Part shown: positions 17,699 to 37,639 of the stretch, piece by piece
Layout: each line of letters starts with the position of its first letter
Numbering within the stretch: position 1 is the stretch's first letter
Source: the human T2T-CHM13v2.0 reference genome, Homo sapiens
DNA length: 64,000 nt
Direction: 5' to 3' (one strand)
Assembly: GCF_009914755.1 (NCBI RefSeq)
Contig: NC_060935.1
The notes under the pieces: generated by a model
Databases searched by the model: none
Seen by the model: only the letters and a program-made list of their open reading frames with translations
What the model was told of the DNA's origin: nothing
Program-made: the position numbers and the translations under genes

Positions 17699-19077
17699 GT
17701 TTCTATTTTACTAAAATTACTGACCACTAAAAATAGTGAGAAGTCAATGTTCCAGCAAAGCAAACCATTCAGAGCCACATGAGTAAAATGATAAAAAAAA
17801 AAATGATGATTACAGTTGTGAATTCACTGAGTATTCAATTCTGTTGTAAGCACTTTTAACGTATTCTTTCCTTCAGTTATCACTAAATTATCTAAATTTT
17901 ACCCCTTGGAAAACAGAGGCCTAGGAACACTAAATAATTTGTCAAAGGATATATGGAGTGTAAGTGGTAGAGCCAAAATATGGACCCAGGGTAGTCTAAC
18001 TCCAAGGAAAAGCCTCTTACTCACTTTAATAAATACTTATTTTCATCTCATTAATTAAATGATTGTTTTTATGCTGAGAAACAACGATGGCCTATCTAGA
18101 GTCAAGATGGCTGGAAGAGAAGAAGCTGAAGCCATTGTGCCCCATCCCCCAAATCTCCCATGAAACACAGAAAATCCAAAGGAGAGGAAATTAGTAAGTA
18201 CCATGATGACCAAGTATAGATACAAAAAGGAAAGAGAATGAGTGCTCTATAGATCAAAATAGTGATGTATCCCTAGAGTAATAAGGATGTAAAGAAGCAT
18301 GCAGAGAAAAAAGCATTAGTAAGGATAATAATGATCACTAGTAATATATTGACATTTCCCATGTGTCACACACTGGGGTGGGTGATTTCTGTGCATGTGT
18401 TATTCCTCACAACAACCCGGTGAGATGGGTATTACCCTCCTTGGTTTACAGGGAAATGTAACATGGAGAAATCTTGTAATATGCCCCATTAAGTTGACTG
18501 GGATAGTAAGATGTGAACACTGTATAAAGCCTAACAAAATCTGGCATGGAGTCCAGTGTTGGGTACACAGTGGAGGATCAGACTGGTGGCAATTAGGAAA
18601 CTATGAGTAATGATACAAACACTCACCTGTAAAATTCTCATTCCACCCTCATGGCACCCAGGTTTCTTCTGTTTCACAGATTCTAGAATTAATTGGACAA
18701 AAGAAGCCCAGGTACTGTAATGAGAGTTTTTACACTTTCATTCTTTCAATGGAAGAAAGAGGAAAGCTGCTCACTTTCTTGTTGAAGTCAAATTCCCATT
18801 GGGCACCACCACTGCTATCCCTGTTTTTTGTGCCTATGGGCTCTGATTTTCATCTATTATTTTCTTTCCTTCCAACATTACTAGTTGTTTTGCTAACTTG
18901 ATTTAAGTTCTGTAAGATGTTTGAATTGATTTGTTACTGTGCTCAGTTCTTTCCTTTGATCTCATTGATACCTTTCAATATTGCAAGGGGGCAAAACTAG
19001 TATTCACATCTCTATTTGCTTAATGGAAGCAAACTGTATACTGAATCACTGGAGAAATTTTGGTAGGGCAATACTGC

Positions 19078-20067
<990 letters not shown>

Positions 20068-20572
20068 ATTGGAAATCCATGCAGGAGGAGACTAGGAACC
20101 AAAGTTTGGGCAAGAGTAAGGACACATCAGTAGAAGAAATTCCAGAGTGGTCCTCTTCATCTATATGGAATGATGTTTTCTGTTTACTAGATGCCTGTAG
20201 ACCACTGTGTGAGTAGGGTAACACCTCAAAAGTGCCAACGGGTCTAGAATGGTTGCTAGTAGAAAGCTGTCTGACCACTGGGGTAATGAAGGTTGCTAGG
20301 TGGTGTCAACAGTAGGTTGGCCACTGTTACAGATTTGCAAGTGGCCACAGAAGTGTAGTTAGCAGCTGAGATGAAGGTACAAAAGCTAGAGAAAGTATTA
20401 CAATTAGAAAAAAAATGAGAAATTTCACATCCATGTTAGCATCTAATCTGATGGATAAGCTCGAAACTCAAAGTCACAATTGGAAATCCTAGCCTACTGC
20501 TGTGTTTTCCAGGGAGGAAGGAAGCTGCACTGGCCAAATGTGTGAGTGGTCCTTGCTAAACTGGACTGGAAT

Positions 20573-21732
<1,160 letters not shown>

Positions 21733-23097
21733 TGGACTGGAATGTTAAGACCTGAAATTTGTGGGGACCAATTGGTGAGTAAGATGAAGACACATAGGTT
21801 CTTTCAGGGAGGGAGAGGATAACCAACCTCCCTTTTTGAGAGCAAGACCGCTCATACAGCAGAAAGCAAATGCCTAACACATGCAGCTGGGCAATATCAG
21901 ACAGCCTTTTCAGAAAACTTAACTGTCTGAGAGTACATCTTGGCAGAATTATTGTACATAGGAAAAATGTTTGCGTAGTTGCTGAGAGAAGGCATAGCCA
22001 CATGGATGGTGCAGTATGGGATACTGGTGTGGATGGCATTTCCCTAGCAGGGAGTGAAGCTGAAAAAATTAGTAATATAACCTCTCATCCTCCTTTGAGG
22101 AAACATTTGCATAATGCTAGAATTCTTGAGGGCAATCATAGTCTTACGGACTGGATTATCTTGGCTATGATGGAGGCTTGGCCAAATGACTTCCTGGGTC
22201 AGATTTCAGCATGAAAATATCTGGAGAAAGCACAGGGCGATTTATGGGAGTTTGGCAAGCATCAGGTCATATATGCCTAACAACTTTAGGACCAGATAAA
22301 GTTGTGTTTGCCATGGGCATAAAAATCAGTCATTGCAAGGTGCCCTTTATGATTGGCATGGTTCTTTCATATCCTTCTTGAGCTCCCTTGTGAGACAAGA
22401 TGTATATAATATGGAGGAAGCTATAGCTGATCCTGGAGAAACTGAAAAGTGAAGAGATAAGGTCCAACTGGTTACTAAAGAAAAAGGAAAAAATGGAGAA
22501 GCCAAACCTGCCAGCCTGAAAAAAGGAGGTCTAAAAGGCCCAGATAGGATTACCAGGAAACAAGTGTGGTATGATCTGATCTCACCTGTGCTAGACAAAG
22601 AAAAACATAGACCAGCAACCCAATGCCATATTAGTGGGCCTTTGGAAAGACCTCCTCCTGATCATTAGTTTAGACTCCTTCTTAGTGCCCCACCAAAAGA
22701 AAAGAAACTTTACATAAAATTACTTCAATTACCATGTTCCAGAGGTGGAAGCCTCCCCAGCCTGGAGACTAGGGGTAGGGCTAAGGTTGCTTCCATTTGT
22801 GAGCAACAGGGGGCAACTAGAGGTGCCATGTGAAGCTCAAAATCTAGTGGACTTCAAAAAAAACAAAGAACCTTAACGTTAATAGACACAGATGTAGACT
22901 GTATCTTAATTCATGGAAATCCAGAGATATACCCTGGTAATTGGGCAGCTATAGATTATTACAGGGGTGAACAATCTGAGTAAAACAAACTCCTCTCCTC
23001 CTTGGTGTTGAGTGGAGTCCCCCCGGTTAGTATACTGTTTTAATCTCACCTATTCCAGAAAATATCTTTGGTATGGACATCCTTTTAGGATGAACTT

Positions 23098-23691
23098 TGA
23101 TACAAAACTAGGCCCATTCTGCCAGTTGCATGGAAAGCCAATCACTGATTAGTGAGTTTTGCAATACAGAAAAGATTTATTCACAGGGCCACCCAGTCAG
23201 GAGATGACATAATAGCTCTCAAATCTGCCTTTCTGTAGATAGGGCTTGGAATATTTATGGGATAAAAAAGCAGAATGGTCTAAGGTGTGGGAAAAGGTGA
23301 TTAGCAATGGAGGTAAATGAGGTAATTGGTGATCTGCGCAAACATATTCGGAGTTCATAGATCTTCATAGGACACATATTCAGAAAATGGCAGTATTAGC
23401 AGGATCTGAGGGAGAAGTTTTTGGCCCTATGACATTAAAAGGTCGCTTGGGCATTTGAACAGACTCAGTTGAAGGGTTGGTGGTCTCAACCAGTTCAAGC
23501 TGGACAAAGGCTGCCCCTAAGTTCCTGAAAAAGCAAACAATTGTTACCATGGTGACATATACATCAGAGGTGTTATCTATAAGGAAGCTAGTGAAGACCA
23601 AGTTATAGCATTTGGCAGTATGGCTTTCAGCTGTGTGGGTTAAAAAACTCTATAAGAAGCAAGTGACTAAAAAGATTAGACTTTGGTTTCA
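23098..23691 (-). mobile_element. ERV1-class solo LTR inserted in the ERVL protease region
   Basis: TG...CA termini, 4-bp TSD ACTT (23094-23097, 23692-23695); removing it restores MDILLG*TLQISLGEF. Confidence 0.78.
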
Positions 23692-24979
23692 ACTTTACAA
23701 ATATCTTTGGGAGAATTCCACACAAGTTTGGGCAGTAAAAGCTATTTTGAGAAGGGAATCAAAATGGGAACCTATATACATCCCTCCCCTAGGGTGCATT
23801 ATCAGTATGATACACTACCATCTTCCTGGTGGGATGGAAGAGATTACAGCCACGGTACAGAAGCTTGTTGAAGTTAATATTATATGGCCAGCTGAGTTCT
23901 TTCAGTCTTATGTGACAGGTAAGGAAACTTGATGGCACCTGGCACATGAGAGTAGGCTTCCAGAAATTAAATAAGGTGATTCCTGAGATACATGCTGGTA
24001 TTCCTAATATAGCTCAAGTGATAGAACAACTAATACAAACTCTAGGCACTTGCCATGCTATATTAGACTTGGCCAATGCTTTCTTCATTATTGCTTTATA
24101 CCCTGACACATGGAATCAATTCCCTTTTACTTGGAATGGTCAATAATGGAGAGTCCATGTGTTGTCCCAGGGTTTTCTACATAGCCCCACTATTTGTCAT
24201 GGAATTACTTCTAGATATTTAACTTTATGCCCACTGCCACCTACCGTTAAATGGTTTCATTACATTGATGATTTGTGCTAACCTCTGAAGACTTGTCAGT
24301 GCTATAGCAACACCTTGACTCATTGTACACCCTTCTCCAATCCAGAGGATGAGCCATTAATTCCCAAAAGATACAAGGCCCAGGATTTCTTGTAAAGTTC
24401 CTCAGTGTCACTTGGTTGGTAAGACATGCCTTATCCCAGGTGTAGCCATTAATGAAATACAACAATTTCCCACACTTAAAAAATCAGTTACAAAGTTTCT
24501 TAGGTCTTTTGGGATATTTGTAGGCTTTTTGTCCATATTTAGCTCTTTGTGTCCCCTATACAGACTAGTGAAAAATTGAACTAGTTGGTACTGCATAAGG
24601 AGCAAGATGAGGCATTACAGAAGGCTGAAATACTAGGGGCTCAGGCACAAGCCTTAGGCTACCCCCTTTGGGGTAGAAGTTCCTTATAGATCCTGGAGAT
24701 CAGACTTGGTCAGATGTATAGTTTGTGAATATTTTTCTCCCATTCTGCAGGTTGTCTGTTTACTCTTTTGATAGTTTCTTTGGGGATACCAAAGTCTTTG
24801 GATGTAACTATAAGCCCTAAGGGAACCAGTTGGGACCTCTGGAAAGTCCAGCATGGGAAAGCAGTTCCCCTAGGATTTTGGTCACAACTAGGGAAGGGTG
24901 CTGAAATCTGCTATTCTCTGATTGAATAATAGGTCCTGGGGATATCTATGGACTTGCAGCCAGTTGGACCCATAATTTC

Positions 24980-27900
24980 TGGAAAGATCAAGTGGTGTTT
25001 GTTTTTAGTTCTGTTTATGTGGTGAATACATTTATTGATTTCTGTATCTTAAACCAACTTTGCATTCCAGGGATAAAGCCTACTTGATCATGGTACATTA
25101 GCTTTTTGATGTACTGCTGGATTTGGTTGGTGCAGGTTTATTTCTGGATTCTCTATCCTATTCCATTGGTCTGTGTCTATTTTTGTACCTGTAACCTCAC
25201 AGTGTAGTTTGAAGTTGGGTAGTGTAATGCCTTCAACTTTGTTCTTTTTTGTTTAGAATTGCTTTTGCTATTCAGGCTCTATTTTGGTTCTATATGAATT
25301 TTAGAATAGTTTTTTTTTCTAATTCTGGGAAAAGTGACCTTGGTAGTTTGATGGGAGTAGGGTTGAGTCTGTAGATTGCTTTGGGACTTGTGGCCATTTT
25401 AATGATATTGACTCTTTTGATCCATGAGCATGGGATTTTTTCATTTGTTTGTACCGTCTATGATTTTGTTTCAGGACTGTTTTGTAATTCTCATTGTAGA
25501 GATCTTTCACCTCCTTGGTTAGATGTATTCCAAGCTAGTTTTTTTCCCAACTACTTTAAACGGAATTGCATTCTTGATGTTACTCTCAACTTAAATGTTA
25601 TTGGTGTATAGAAATGCTGGTAAATTGTGTACATTGAATTTGTATTCTGAAACTTTACTGAAGTCATTTATCAGCTCTAATAGCCTTTTGGTGGCAGCTT
25701 TAGGGTCTTCTAAGTATAGAATCATATCATCAGTGAAGAGAGATAAATTTTCTTCTTTTTCTATTTGGATGCCTTTTATTTATTTCTCTTGCCTGATTGC
25801 TCTGGTTAGGACTTGCGTACTACGTTGAATAGGAGTGGTGAGAGTGAGTATAGTTGTCTTATTCCAGCTCTCAATGGGAAATCTTCTAGTTTTCGACTAT
25901 TCTCTATGATGTTTACTGTGGGCTTGTCACAGATGGCTCTTATTATTTTGAGGTATATTCCTTTGATGCCTAGTCTGTGGAGGGCTCTTATCATGAAAGA
26001 ATAAGGGATTTTATCAAAAGCTATTTGTGTGTTTATTTAGATGATAATTGAGATTTTTTTTAAAAAATTGTTTATGTGATGGATTACATTTATTGATTTG
26101 TGCATGTGGAGCCAATCTTGCATCCTAGGAATAAAGCCTGCTTGATCATGGTGGATTAGCTTTTTCATGTACTGCTAGATTCAGTTTTCAAGTGTTTAGT
26201 TGAGGATTTTTGTATCTGTTATCATCAGGGATATTGGCCTGATGTTTCCTATTTTTGTTGTCTTTAACTGATTTTTGTATCAGACTGATGCTGGCTTCAT
26301 AGAATTTGTTTTGGAGGAGTCCCTTCTGGAAATCAAAAAGTTTCTGAGACAGGTTTCAATCAATTTAGGAAGTTGAAACTCTTTCTTCCACTTGTTTTAT
26401 TATATTGATAAAGATTTCAATTATATTTTGAAATTTTTAAGTGAGCTTTTCAGTTTTATTAGCTCTGATTGCTTTCTCTTTAAGATGTCTACATTTTTAT
26501 TTTCTGGATTGCACTACAGATTTCTTTGTGTTAATTTTCAACCTTATCTTGGATCTCATTGAGTCTCCCTGCAATCCATGCTTTGAATTCTCCATCTGTC
26601 ATCTCTCTGCCCCCATTTTAGCTAGAGACCATTGCTGTAGAGCTAGAGCAATATTTGATGGAGTCAAAACATCCAAATTATTCATGTTGGCAGAATTCTG
26701 TTTTTTTCTTATCTGGACAGGGTAGAGTCTTTTGGCTCTGGTTCTCTATTCCTGTGCATTTCTATCAGTAGGTTTCGTATTGGTCTTTGCAGTTTGACCC
26801 ACAGGCCAGTAGATGGTGTTTGCAGGTAAGAGCCAGCTGCTGCACAAGCAGATGGGTATGAGTCTGTTTTTTGTTTACTGTGAGGTGCTCTCTGTTATTT
26901 CAAGGGAAGAACTGAACAGTGGTGTGCCTGGTGTCCTGAGCTTCCTGTTCCATGGGGTTGAGGGGACACAGTTGGGCAGAGCTGGGGTTCCTGGCTTGTG
27001 CACAAATATCCTAATGTCAAGTAAAGACACCTGTCCTGATGAGGGTGGTTGGGAAGAGCTCCTGGTAAAGTGCCTTGAAGTCTCTGGGGGGAAGTTTGAC
27101 TGGACTGCACCTGCTCTGTCTTAGATAGGCAGGAATATGATCTGTTTCCCTGTCACACCCCTATTTCAGGGCTCATGACTCCTAGTCAGAAAAATACTGT
27201 AGTCTGTCTCTTGGCTGCAATGTGGTTGAGAGTCATGGGAAATGCCTGTTTTGTGACTCTCTGTGGGAGTGATTCTGGTGCACATTCTCATCACTTTATC
27301 TGAAACAGATAGCATTTAGACCCACCTGTTCTCTGATGCAGCAGCACTGCTGCTTCTTGTAAAATTGGGGCTTCACCTTTGGGCGCTTGTGAGTGAGTGA
27401 ATGTTGGTTATGGTGGTGTCAGCTGGGTTGGCCTGACCCGAGGCCTTGAGGGAAGGTGTTAAGTGCAAGCAGAGTTGGAATGGGTTAGGTAGTTCTTCAG
27501 TTCCCAGGCCCCTAGATAACCTTCTGGACAGCATGTATGAGTCCTGAAGGCGCTGGACTATGGTCAGGCTAGCCCAGAGTTTAGGTGTTGGCTGTGTTGG
27601 GTGGTGGGTGGGTTCCTGGGTCACCAGCCAAACTCTCAGGGAGGGGAAGGCAGAATGCTTAGGTGGTGGGAGTCTGAAGAAATATCACAGGCCTGTTGGG
27701 GTTGGGTTTTTAGAAGGGCTGTGGGCTTCAGATGAGATGTTCAGGTTAGGGCAGAGTGGCTTTGCTGTGGGCCATTCACTGGAGATGGCTGGAACCTCCA
27801 CCTGGGGCAAAGGAGACTGGTGGCTGTGAGGTATATGGCATGATTGCACTTCCCTCCCACCCAAATGATGCTGAACTTCACTGTCGGAGGCACACAAAAG

Positions 27901-28815
27901 TGCCAAGCATTGTCTGTTTCCTCTGGGAGTTTTGCAGAGCTGCAGAGCTGCAACCCACTGCAATGTTCAGGCAGGGGTGGGGTTACTGCACTGGAAGCCC
28001 AAGCCAAGCCTTGCGTGGCTCAGAGCAGTGGGGCATGAGTCACATGGTCTGCCATCCAGGCGGTTCATGGAAGAATGCTGGTAAGAGTTGGAATTGGTTG
28101 GATAATTCTCCAGTTCTACCTCCAGTTGCCCACCCGTAGAATTCAAGCAAGGGCTGGGCTGCTGTGCTGGCAGCCCAAGTCAGCTAGTTTTGTTTGGCTC
28201 AGAGCAGTGTGGGCAGGGGTTACACATTTTACCATATGGGCTGTTTCTGGGGTAATGCTGAGCTGTGCCCATCCACAGAATTCAGACAAGGATGGAGTGG
28301 CTGTAGTGGAAGACTGAGTCAAGCCTTGCCTAGCAAGGAGTGGGGTAGCCTGACTGCTTCTCCACACTGTGAGTTTGGCCTCTACTGGGGATACGGCAGC
28401 TGATTCTGGGCTGCTCAGGGATCTAGGACCCGTAGATCTCCATGTGGACTTGAGTGGTGTCTTTGCAAAAACTCCAGGAGGCTCTCAGTGTTAGGCTAGA
28501 AGCCTGATGGGTGGGGTCTGAGGGATTCAAGCATGTTCAGGGTTATGAAGACTTGTGTGGGAAGTGTGGACCCCCTTGTGACTCTCATTCACTCACCCTT
28601 TCCCCATGTTAGGGAGCTTCTTCTAGCTTCATACCAGTCCTAGGTGGGCAGCTGCCCAGTTTTGCTCCCTTTTTTTCCTCTGTGGGTCCCCTCACTTCCT
28701 CAGTGAAATCCAGTATGGTGTCCTAGATGATTCTCTTGAAGATCTGCTATTTACTTGCCACTTTGTCTCCTCTCTGTGAGAGCAGCACATGATATCTGCT
28801 TCTAGTCAGCCATTG
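24980..28815 (-). mobile_element. Rearranged old L1 (ORF2 fragments, then ORF1/5'UTR)
   Basis: Antisense ORF2-like peptides ([23 protein letters not shown]); GC-richer 5'UTR-like segment 26800-28815. Confidence 0.75.
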
Positions 28816-28829
28816 TAAAGTATGCCTAG

Positions 28830-31800
28830 TTCTTTGAATGTTAAAATTTGTCAGTAAAACCATCTAGTCCTAAATTTTGCTTTATTGGGAGAATTTTTAT
28901 TACTGATTCCAAATTTTTCCTCTTTATTGATATGTTCAGGTTTTTATTTCTTCCTGATTTAATCTTGGTAGATTGTTGGCATCTAGGTATTTATTCATTT
29001 CCTCTAGGTTTTCCAGTTTCTTAGTGTACAGTTGCTCATAATAGTCTCAAACAATCTTTTGTATTCCTGTGATCGCTATTGTAATGTCTCCTTTTTCATT
29101 TCTAATTTTATTTATTTGGATTTTGTGTCTTTTCTTTTCTTGGTTGTGTAGCTAGCAGTTTGTCCATTTTGTTTGTCTTTTCAAAACACCAATCTTTCAT
29201 TTCATTAGGCTTTGTGCTTTTTAAAAAGTCTCTATATTGTTTGGTTCTTTTCCAATCTTTATTATTTCTTTCTTGCTATTAATTTTGGGGCTCGATTTAT
29301 TCCTCCTTTTCAGGTTCCTTGAGGTACACTGTGATATTGTTTATTTGAAACCTTATTTGAAATAAGCATTTATTGCTATAAACTTCACTTTAGCAAAACT
29401 TTTGCTGTATCTCTTAGTCTTTAATGTGTTGTGTTTTAATTTTCATTTATTTCAAGACATTCTGAATTTCACTTTTTAATTTCTTTCTTGACCCAGTGAT
29501 TATTCCAGAGTATGTCATTTAATTTCCGTGTGTTTGTATAGTTTCCAAAGTTCCTCTTGTTTTTGATTTCTGGTTTTATTCTACTGTGGTCTGAGAAGAT
29601 ATTGGATATGATTTTAACTTTTTAAAATTTATTGAGACTTGTTTTGTTGGCTAACATATGGTCTACCCTGAAGAGTATTCCATGTACTGATAAGAAGAAT
29701 GTGTGTTCTGTAACTGTTGAATGAAATGTTCTGTAAATGTCTATTTGGTTCATTTGGTCTAAAGAACAGTTTAAATCCATTTTTTGATTAATTGTCTATC
29801 TAGATATTCTGTCTAATGCTGTGGTTGGGGTGCTGAAGTTCCCAAGTATTACTATATTGAAATCTACCTGTCTTTTTAGATCTAGTAATATTCAATTTAT
29901 ATACCTGGGTTCCCCAGGGTGGGGCATATTCTATTTAGAATTGTTATACCCTCTTGCTGAATTGATCCCTTTATCATTAGATAATGACTTTCTTTGTCTC
30001 TTTGTACTGTTTTTGAGTTAAAGTCTGTTGTATGCAATAGAGGTATAGTCACCCTGCTCACTTTTGGTTTCCATTTACATGGAATACCATTTTCTATCCC
30101 CTTACTTTCATTATACATGTTGTCTTTACAGAGAAGATAATTTTCCTACAGGCAGAATATAGTTGGTAATTTTTAAAAATCCATTTAGCCTGTCTATATC
30201 TTGTCAGTGTAAAGTTTAATCTGTTTACAATCAAGGTTGTTATTGATATATGAGGGCTTATTACTACCATTTATTACTTGATTTCTGGTAATTCTGTATG
30301 CTCTTTGTTCCTTACTTTCTCTCTTATTGTTTATCAGTGTGGTTTGTTGGCTTTTGACAGTGGTAACTGTCTGTTTGCTCTACCAGTGAGTTTTATACTT
30401 TCATGTGTATTCAGGGTAGTATTAATAGATAACATTCTTTCACTTCCAGGTTTAGAAATCCCTTAAGCATGACTTGTAGGATTTGTCTAGCATTTATCAA
30501 TTACCTCAGCTTTTGATTGTCTGGGAAAGACTATTTCTCTTTTATTTATGAAGTATAACTTTGCTAAGCATTGTATCCTTGGATGAAAGATTTTTCTTTC
30601 TTTCGACACTTGGAATATATCATCTTATTCTCTCCTGGTCTGTGAAGTTTCTGCTAAGAAATCCATTGGTAGCCTGATGGGGGTTCCCTTATAAGGAATG
30701 AAATGCTTCTCTTTTGCTGAATTTAGAACTCCCTGTTTGTCTTTGACTTTTGACAGTTTGACAAGAATGTGTCATGGAGAAGATATTGAGTTGTATTTAT
30801 TTGGGAATGTGTGCACTTCCTATATCTGGATGTCTAAATATCTTGGTAGACATGGGAAATATTCACCTACTATTTTGTCAAATTGGCTTCATATTTTTTT
30901 CATTTGCTCTTCATCTTTTGGGACATGAAAATTTCAAATGTTTGATCACTTTGTGGTGTCTCATATGTCACAAAGCCTTTATTCATACCTTATTTTTCTC
31001 TGTTATTTTTGTCTGAGTGTGTGATTTCAAAAGACCTGTTTCACATTATGAAATTTTTTCTTCTACCTGATCTCGTCTACATTTGAAGCCTTTGGGCATA
31101 TATTTTAATTTCATTTAATGAATTCTTCAGTTCCTGGATTTCGATTTGGTTCTTTTTTTAATCATATCTATCTCTCTGGCAATTTTCTGATTCATATCCC
31201 GAATCGTATTTGTGATTTCTTTATATTCTTTGTGTGTTCTCTCGTATCTTATTGAACTTCTTTAATGTTAATATTTTTAATCTTTTTCCTGGCATTTTAT
31301 AAATTTCTTTTTTATTTGAATCTGTTGCTGGAGAATTATTGTGATTTTTAGAAAGTATCCCATTTCCTTGCTTTTTCATATTTATTGTATCCTTATATTA
31401 ATAATATTGATATCTGTGGATGTGGTATAACCATCATTTCCTTTTTTTAATCTGCTTTCATAGGGGAGAACTCTTTTCTTTTATTTTTCATTATTATACT
31501 TTAAGTTTTAGGGTACATATGCACAAAGTGCAGGTTTGTTACATATGCATACATGTGCCATGTTGGTGTGCTGCACCCATTAACTCGTCATTTAACATTA
31601 GGTATATCTCCTAATGCTATCCCTCTCCCCTCCCACAACCCCACAACAGGCCCTGGTGTGTGATGTTCCCCTTCCTGTGTCCACATGTTCTCATTGTTCA
31701 ATTCCCACCTATGAGGGAGAACATGCGGTGTTTGGTTTTTTGTCCTTGCAATAGTTTGCTGAGAATGATGGTTTCCAGCTTCATCCATGTCCCTACAAAG

Positions 31801-33270
31801 GACATGAACTCATCTTTTCTGATAGTTTATCTATGGTTTTGGTTTGTATGGTATTTTGGCTTTGATTTTGGGTGCTGTAATAGTATAGTCTTCATATGAT
31901 TTCCTACACTGTAAAGAGTGTCAGTCGGCACTGTCTCAGTGGCCTCAGGAGTGGCTCTAAGTGGAGGCTGTGGTGAAATTTTGTTGAAGATGGGGACACC
32001 AGTTGGGCCAGTGCTGAGGTCACAGTTGTGGCAGCTGCAGGCCAAGCATACCTGTCCTTGGACTCCAGGGCATTGCATGCTGGCAGTGGTGTTAGCAGTT
32101 ATGGGCTAGTTGATTCTTGGGCCTCCAGGCAACTTGCTCAGTTGCCAGTAGTAGCAACAATGGGTTATGCTAGTGGACAGGTTCTTAGGTCTTTTGGGCA
32201 GCATGCATGAAATGGGTGATGGCAGTAGCAGTGGTGGAAGTATTCTCTGGCTCACAAGTGGTCTGCATTGGTGTTAGCAGTGGCAGTGATGGACTGCACT
32301 GGCCAGTCCCCAGGACCACAGGTGATGCATAGAGATGGGTGCTAGCTGTGGTTGTAGTGACAGGCTGTGTGGGCTGCTTCTTAGGCTCTAGGAGGAGTGC
32401 TAAGTACCAATAGTAGTGGACACTGCAAGGAGATTCCCCAGATCCTTGGATGGAGTGCTCAGGCACTGGGAGTGGTGGGCGGAGCCAGACCTAGTGGTCC
32501 TGTCCTTGGGTCCTCTGCTGTTGTATATGGGTGGTGGCTTTGTTGGGCAGGCATGGAGTTATCTTCAGACCTTTGCAGAGTGTTATGATGGGGGTGACAG
32601 TGGTGGCAGTGAGTGGGGAGTGAGTGCCCTCAAGGCACATACAAATATGGTGCCACCCTACTACTGTAGACAGCAAAGTTGCTGCCAGTTTCTTGCTCTT
32701 TGGCCCGGAGAAGGCAAATTCAGGGTGACCTGCTGCTACCGGGAGCAACCAGTGGTTCATGCTTCAGCCTGGTGGCAGCTGCTAGCAGCAGTGGTGGCTG
32801 TTTCCCAAATGGTGCTATAGGCTGGGCTCCCCCAATGATGCCATGCTGTAGCCGCTTAGGTCTTGAGGGGGAGGTTATGTGAGATGCAGCATGACCTCCC
32901 TCTCTGGAGCAATGCCATTGCACAGTCTTCAGGCAGTTCCTTATGTTAGTCTGAAAACCCACAGTGCTCTAGGTGCTATCCCATGGCTAGGACTACAGGA
33001 GTCTGTGGAGGAAATGTGAACCACTGGGGATCTCTAACTTACCCTTTTCCTACACTGCGGAGGCTCTCTTAGCTGACAGACAATGCTAATCAAGCAGACT
33101 GCCCTGCTTCCTTCTTCATTCTTCCCTAGATGTTTCCTGTCACTCCTTGGCTTAATTCTTGTGTTTCCTTTTAGATGATCTATTTGAGGTGTTATTATCT
33201 ACTTGTTATTTTGGTTCTTCTTTGTGGAGATGGCGAGTTCCAGATGCCTTTAATCAGCCTTCTAGAAGCC
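28830..33270 (-). mobile_element. Old L1M-type element, 5' half (ORF2 EN, ORF1, 5'UTR)
   Basis: Antisense EN peptide RDKESHYLMIKGSIQQEGITILN; T-rich L1 antisense composition. Confidence 0.75.
31482..31812 (-). mobile_element. Short young L1PA 3'-end insertion (about 330 bp)
   Basis: ttattatactttaagttttagggtac...ggacatgaactca, flanked by TCTTTTCT repeats. Confidence 0.9.
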
Positions 33271-33999
33271 AATTCTATATTTTTTTCACTAGGACTTAAT
33301 CATACTTGTTCTAGAACATCATGTAAATGGAAATTATAAACTTTGTATTTTTGCATACAGTTTCTTTTTTCAATATAGTATATGTGAGATTAATGCATGC
33401 TTTTGTTTTTATCAGCATTCTATTTCTTTTTATTGCTGAGTAACATTACATTTGGATATGGATGTTAACAACTTATCCATATTGCTGGATGGATGTTGTT
33501 ATTGGACATATGGCTTTTTTTCAGTTTATGTTTTGTAAATGCAGCTGCTATTTACATATTCTTTTATGAAATCTTATGGACACAAATATTTGGTAATATT
33601 TGGTGATTTTTATTTACTAAGTAGGCTTATTTTTAACTTTATAAGCCTTTTAACAGAACTTTATAAGACCTGAGCAGCAGGTTTATTTCCAAAAGTATGG
33701 AGAATTACATTAAATGTAATTTAATGGACTAAATACTGCAATTAAAGGGACTAAATATACCAATTAAAAGTCACAGTTTTAAGGCAGCATTGAATAGGTG
33801 TCCCATCTAAATGCTGTCTACAAGTGGTAGATTTAAATATAAGGACATAGGTAGGTTAAATGTAATAGGATGTAGTAAAAAATTGATTTTATAGGTTTCA
33901 TGTAATTCTTATGAAAATTCCAGGAAGTTATTTTTTAGATATAAACATCTTAATTCTAAAATGTATGTGGGAAGAAACAGGCCATAGAATAGCTAAGTC

Positions 34000-37635
<3,636 letters not shown>

Positions 37636-37639
37636 AAGG

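Noticed and set aside
26800-33000. Many overlapping 60-130 aa ORFs in GC-richer segments
   Set aside because: They lie in old L1 5'UTR sequence, where stops are sparse; no recognisable domains or splice structure
33580-33770. Several short tandem duplications (aatatttggt twice, aactttataag twice, ggactaaata twice)
   Set aside because: Low-complexity, very old L1 debris; no functional signal
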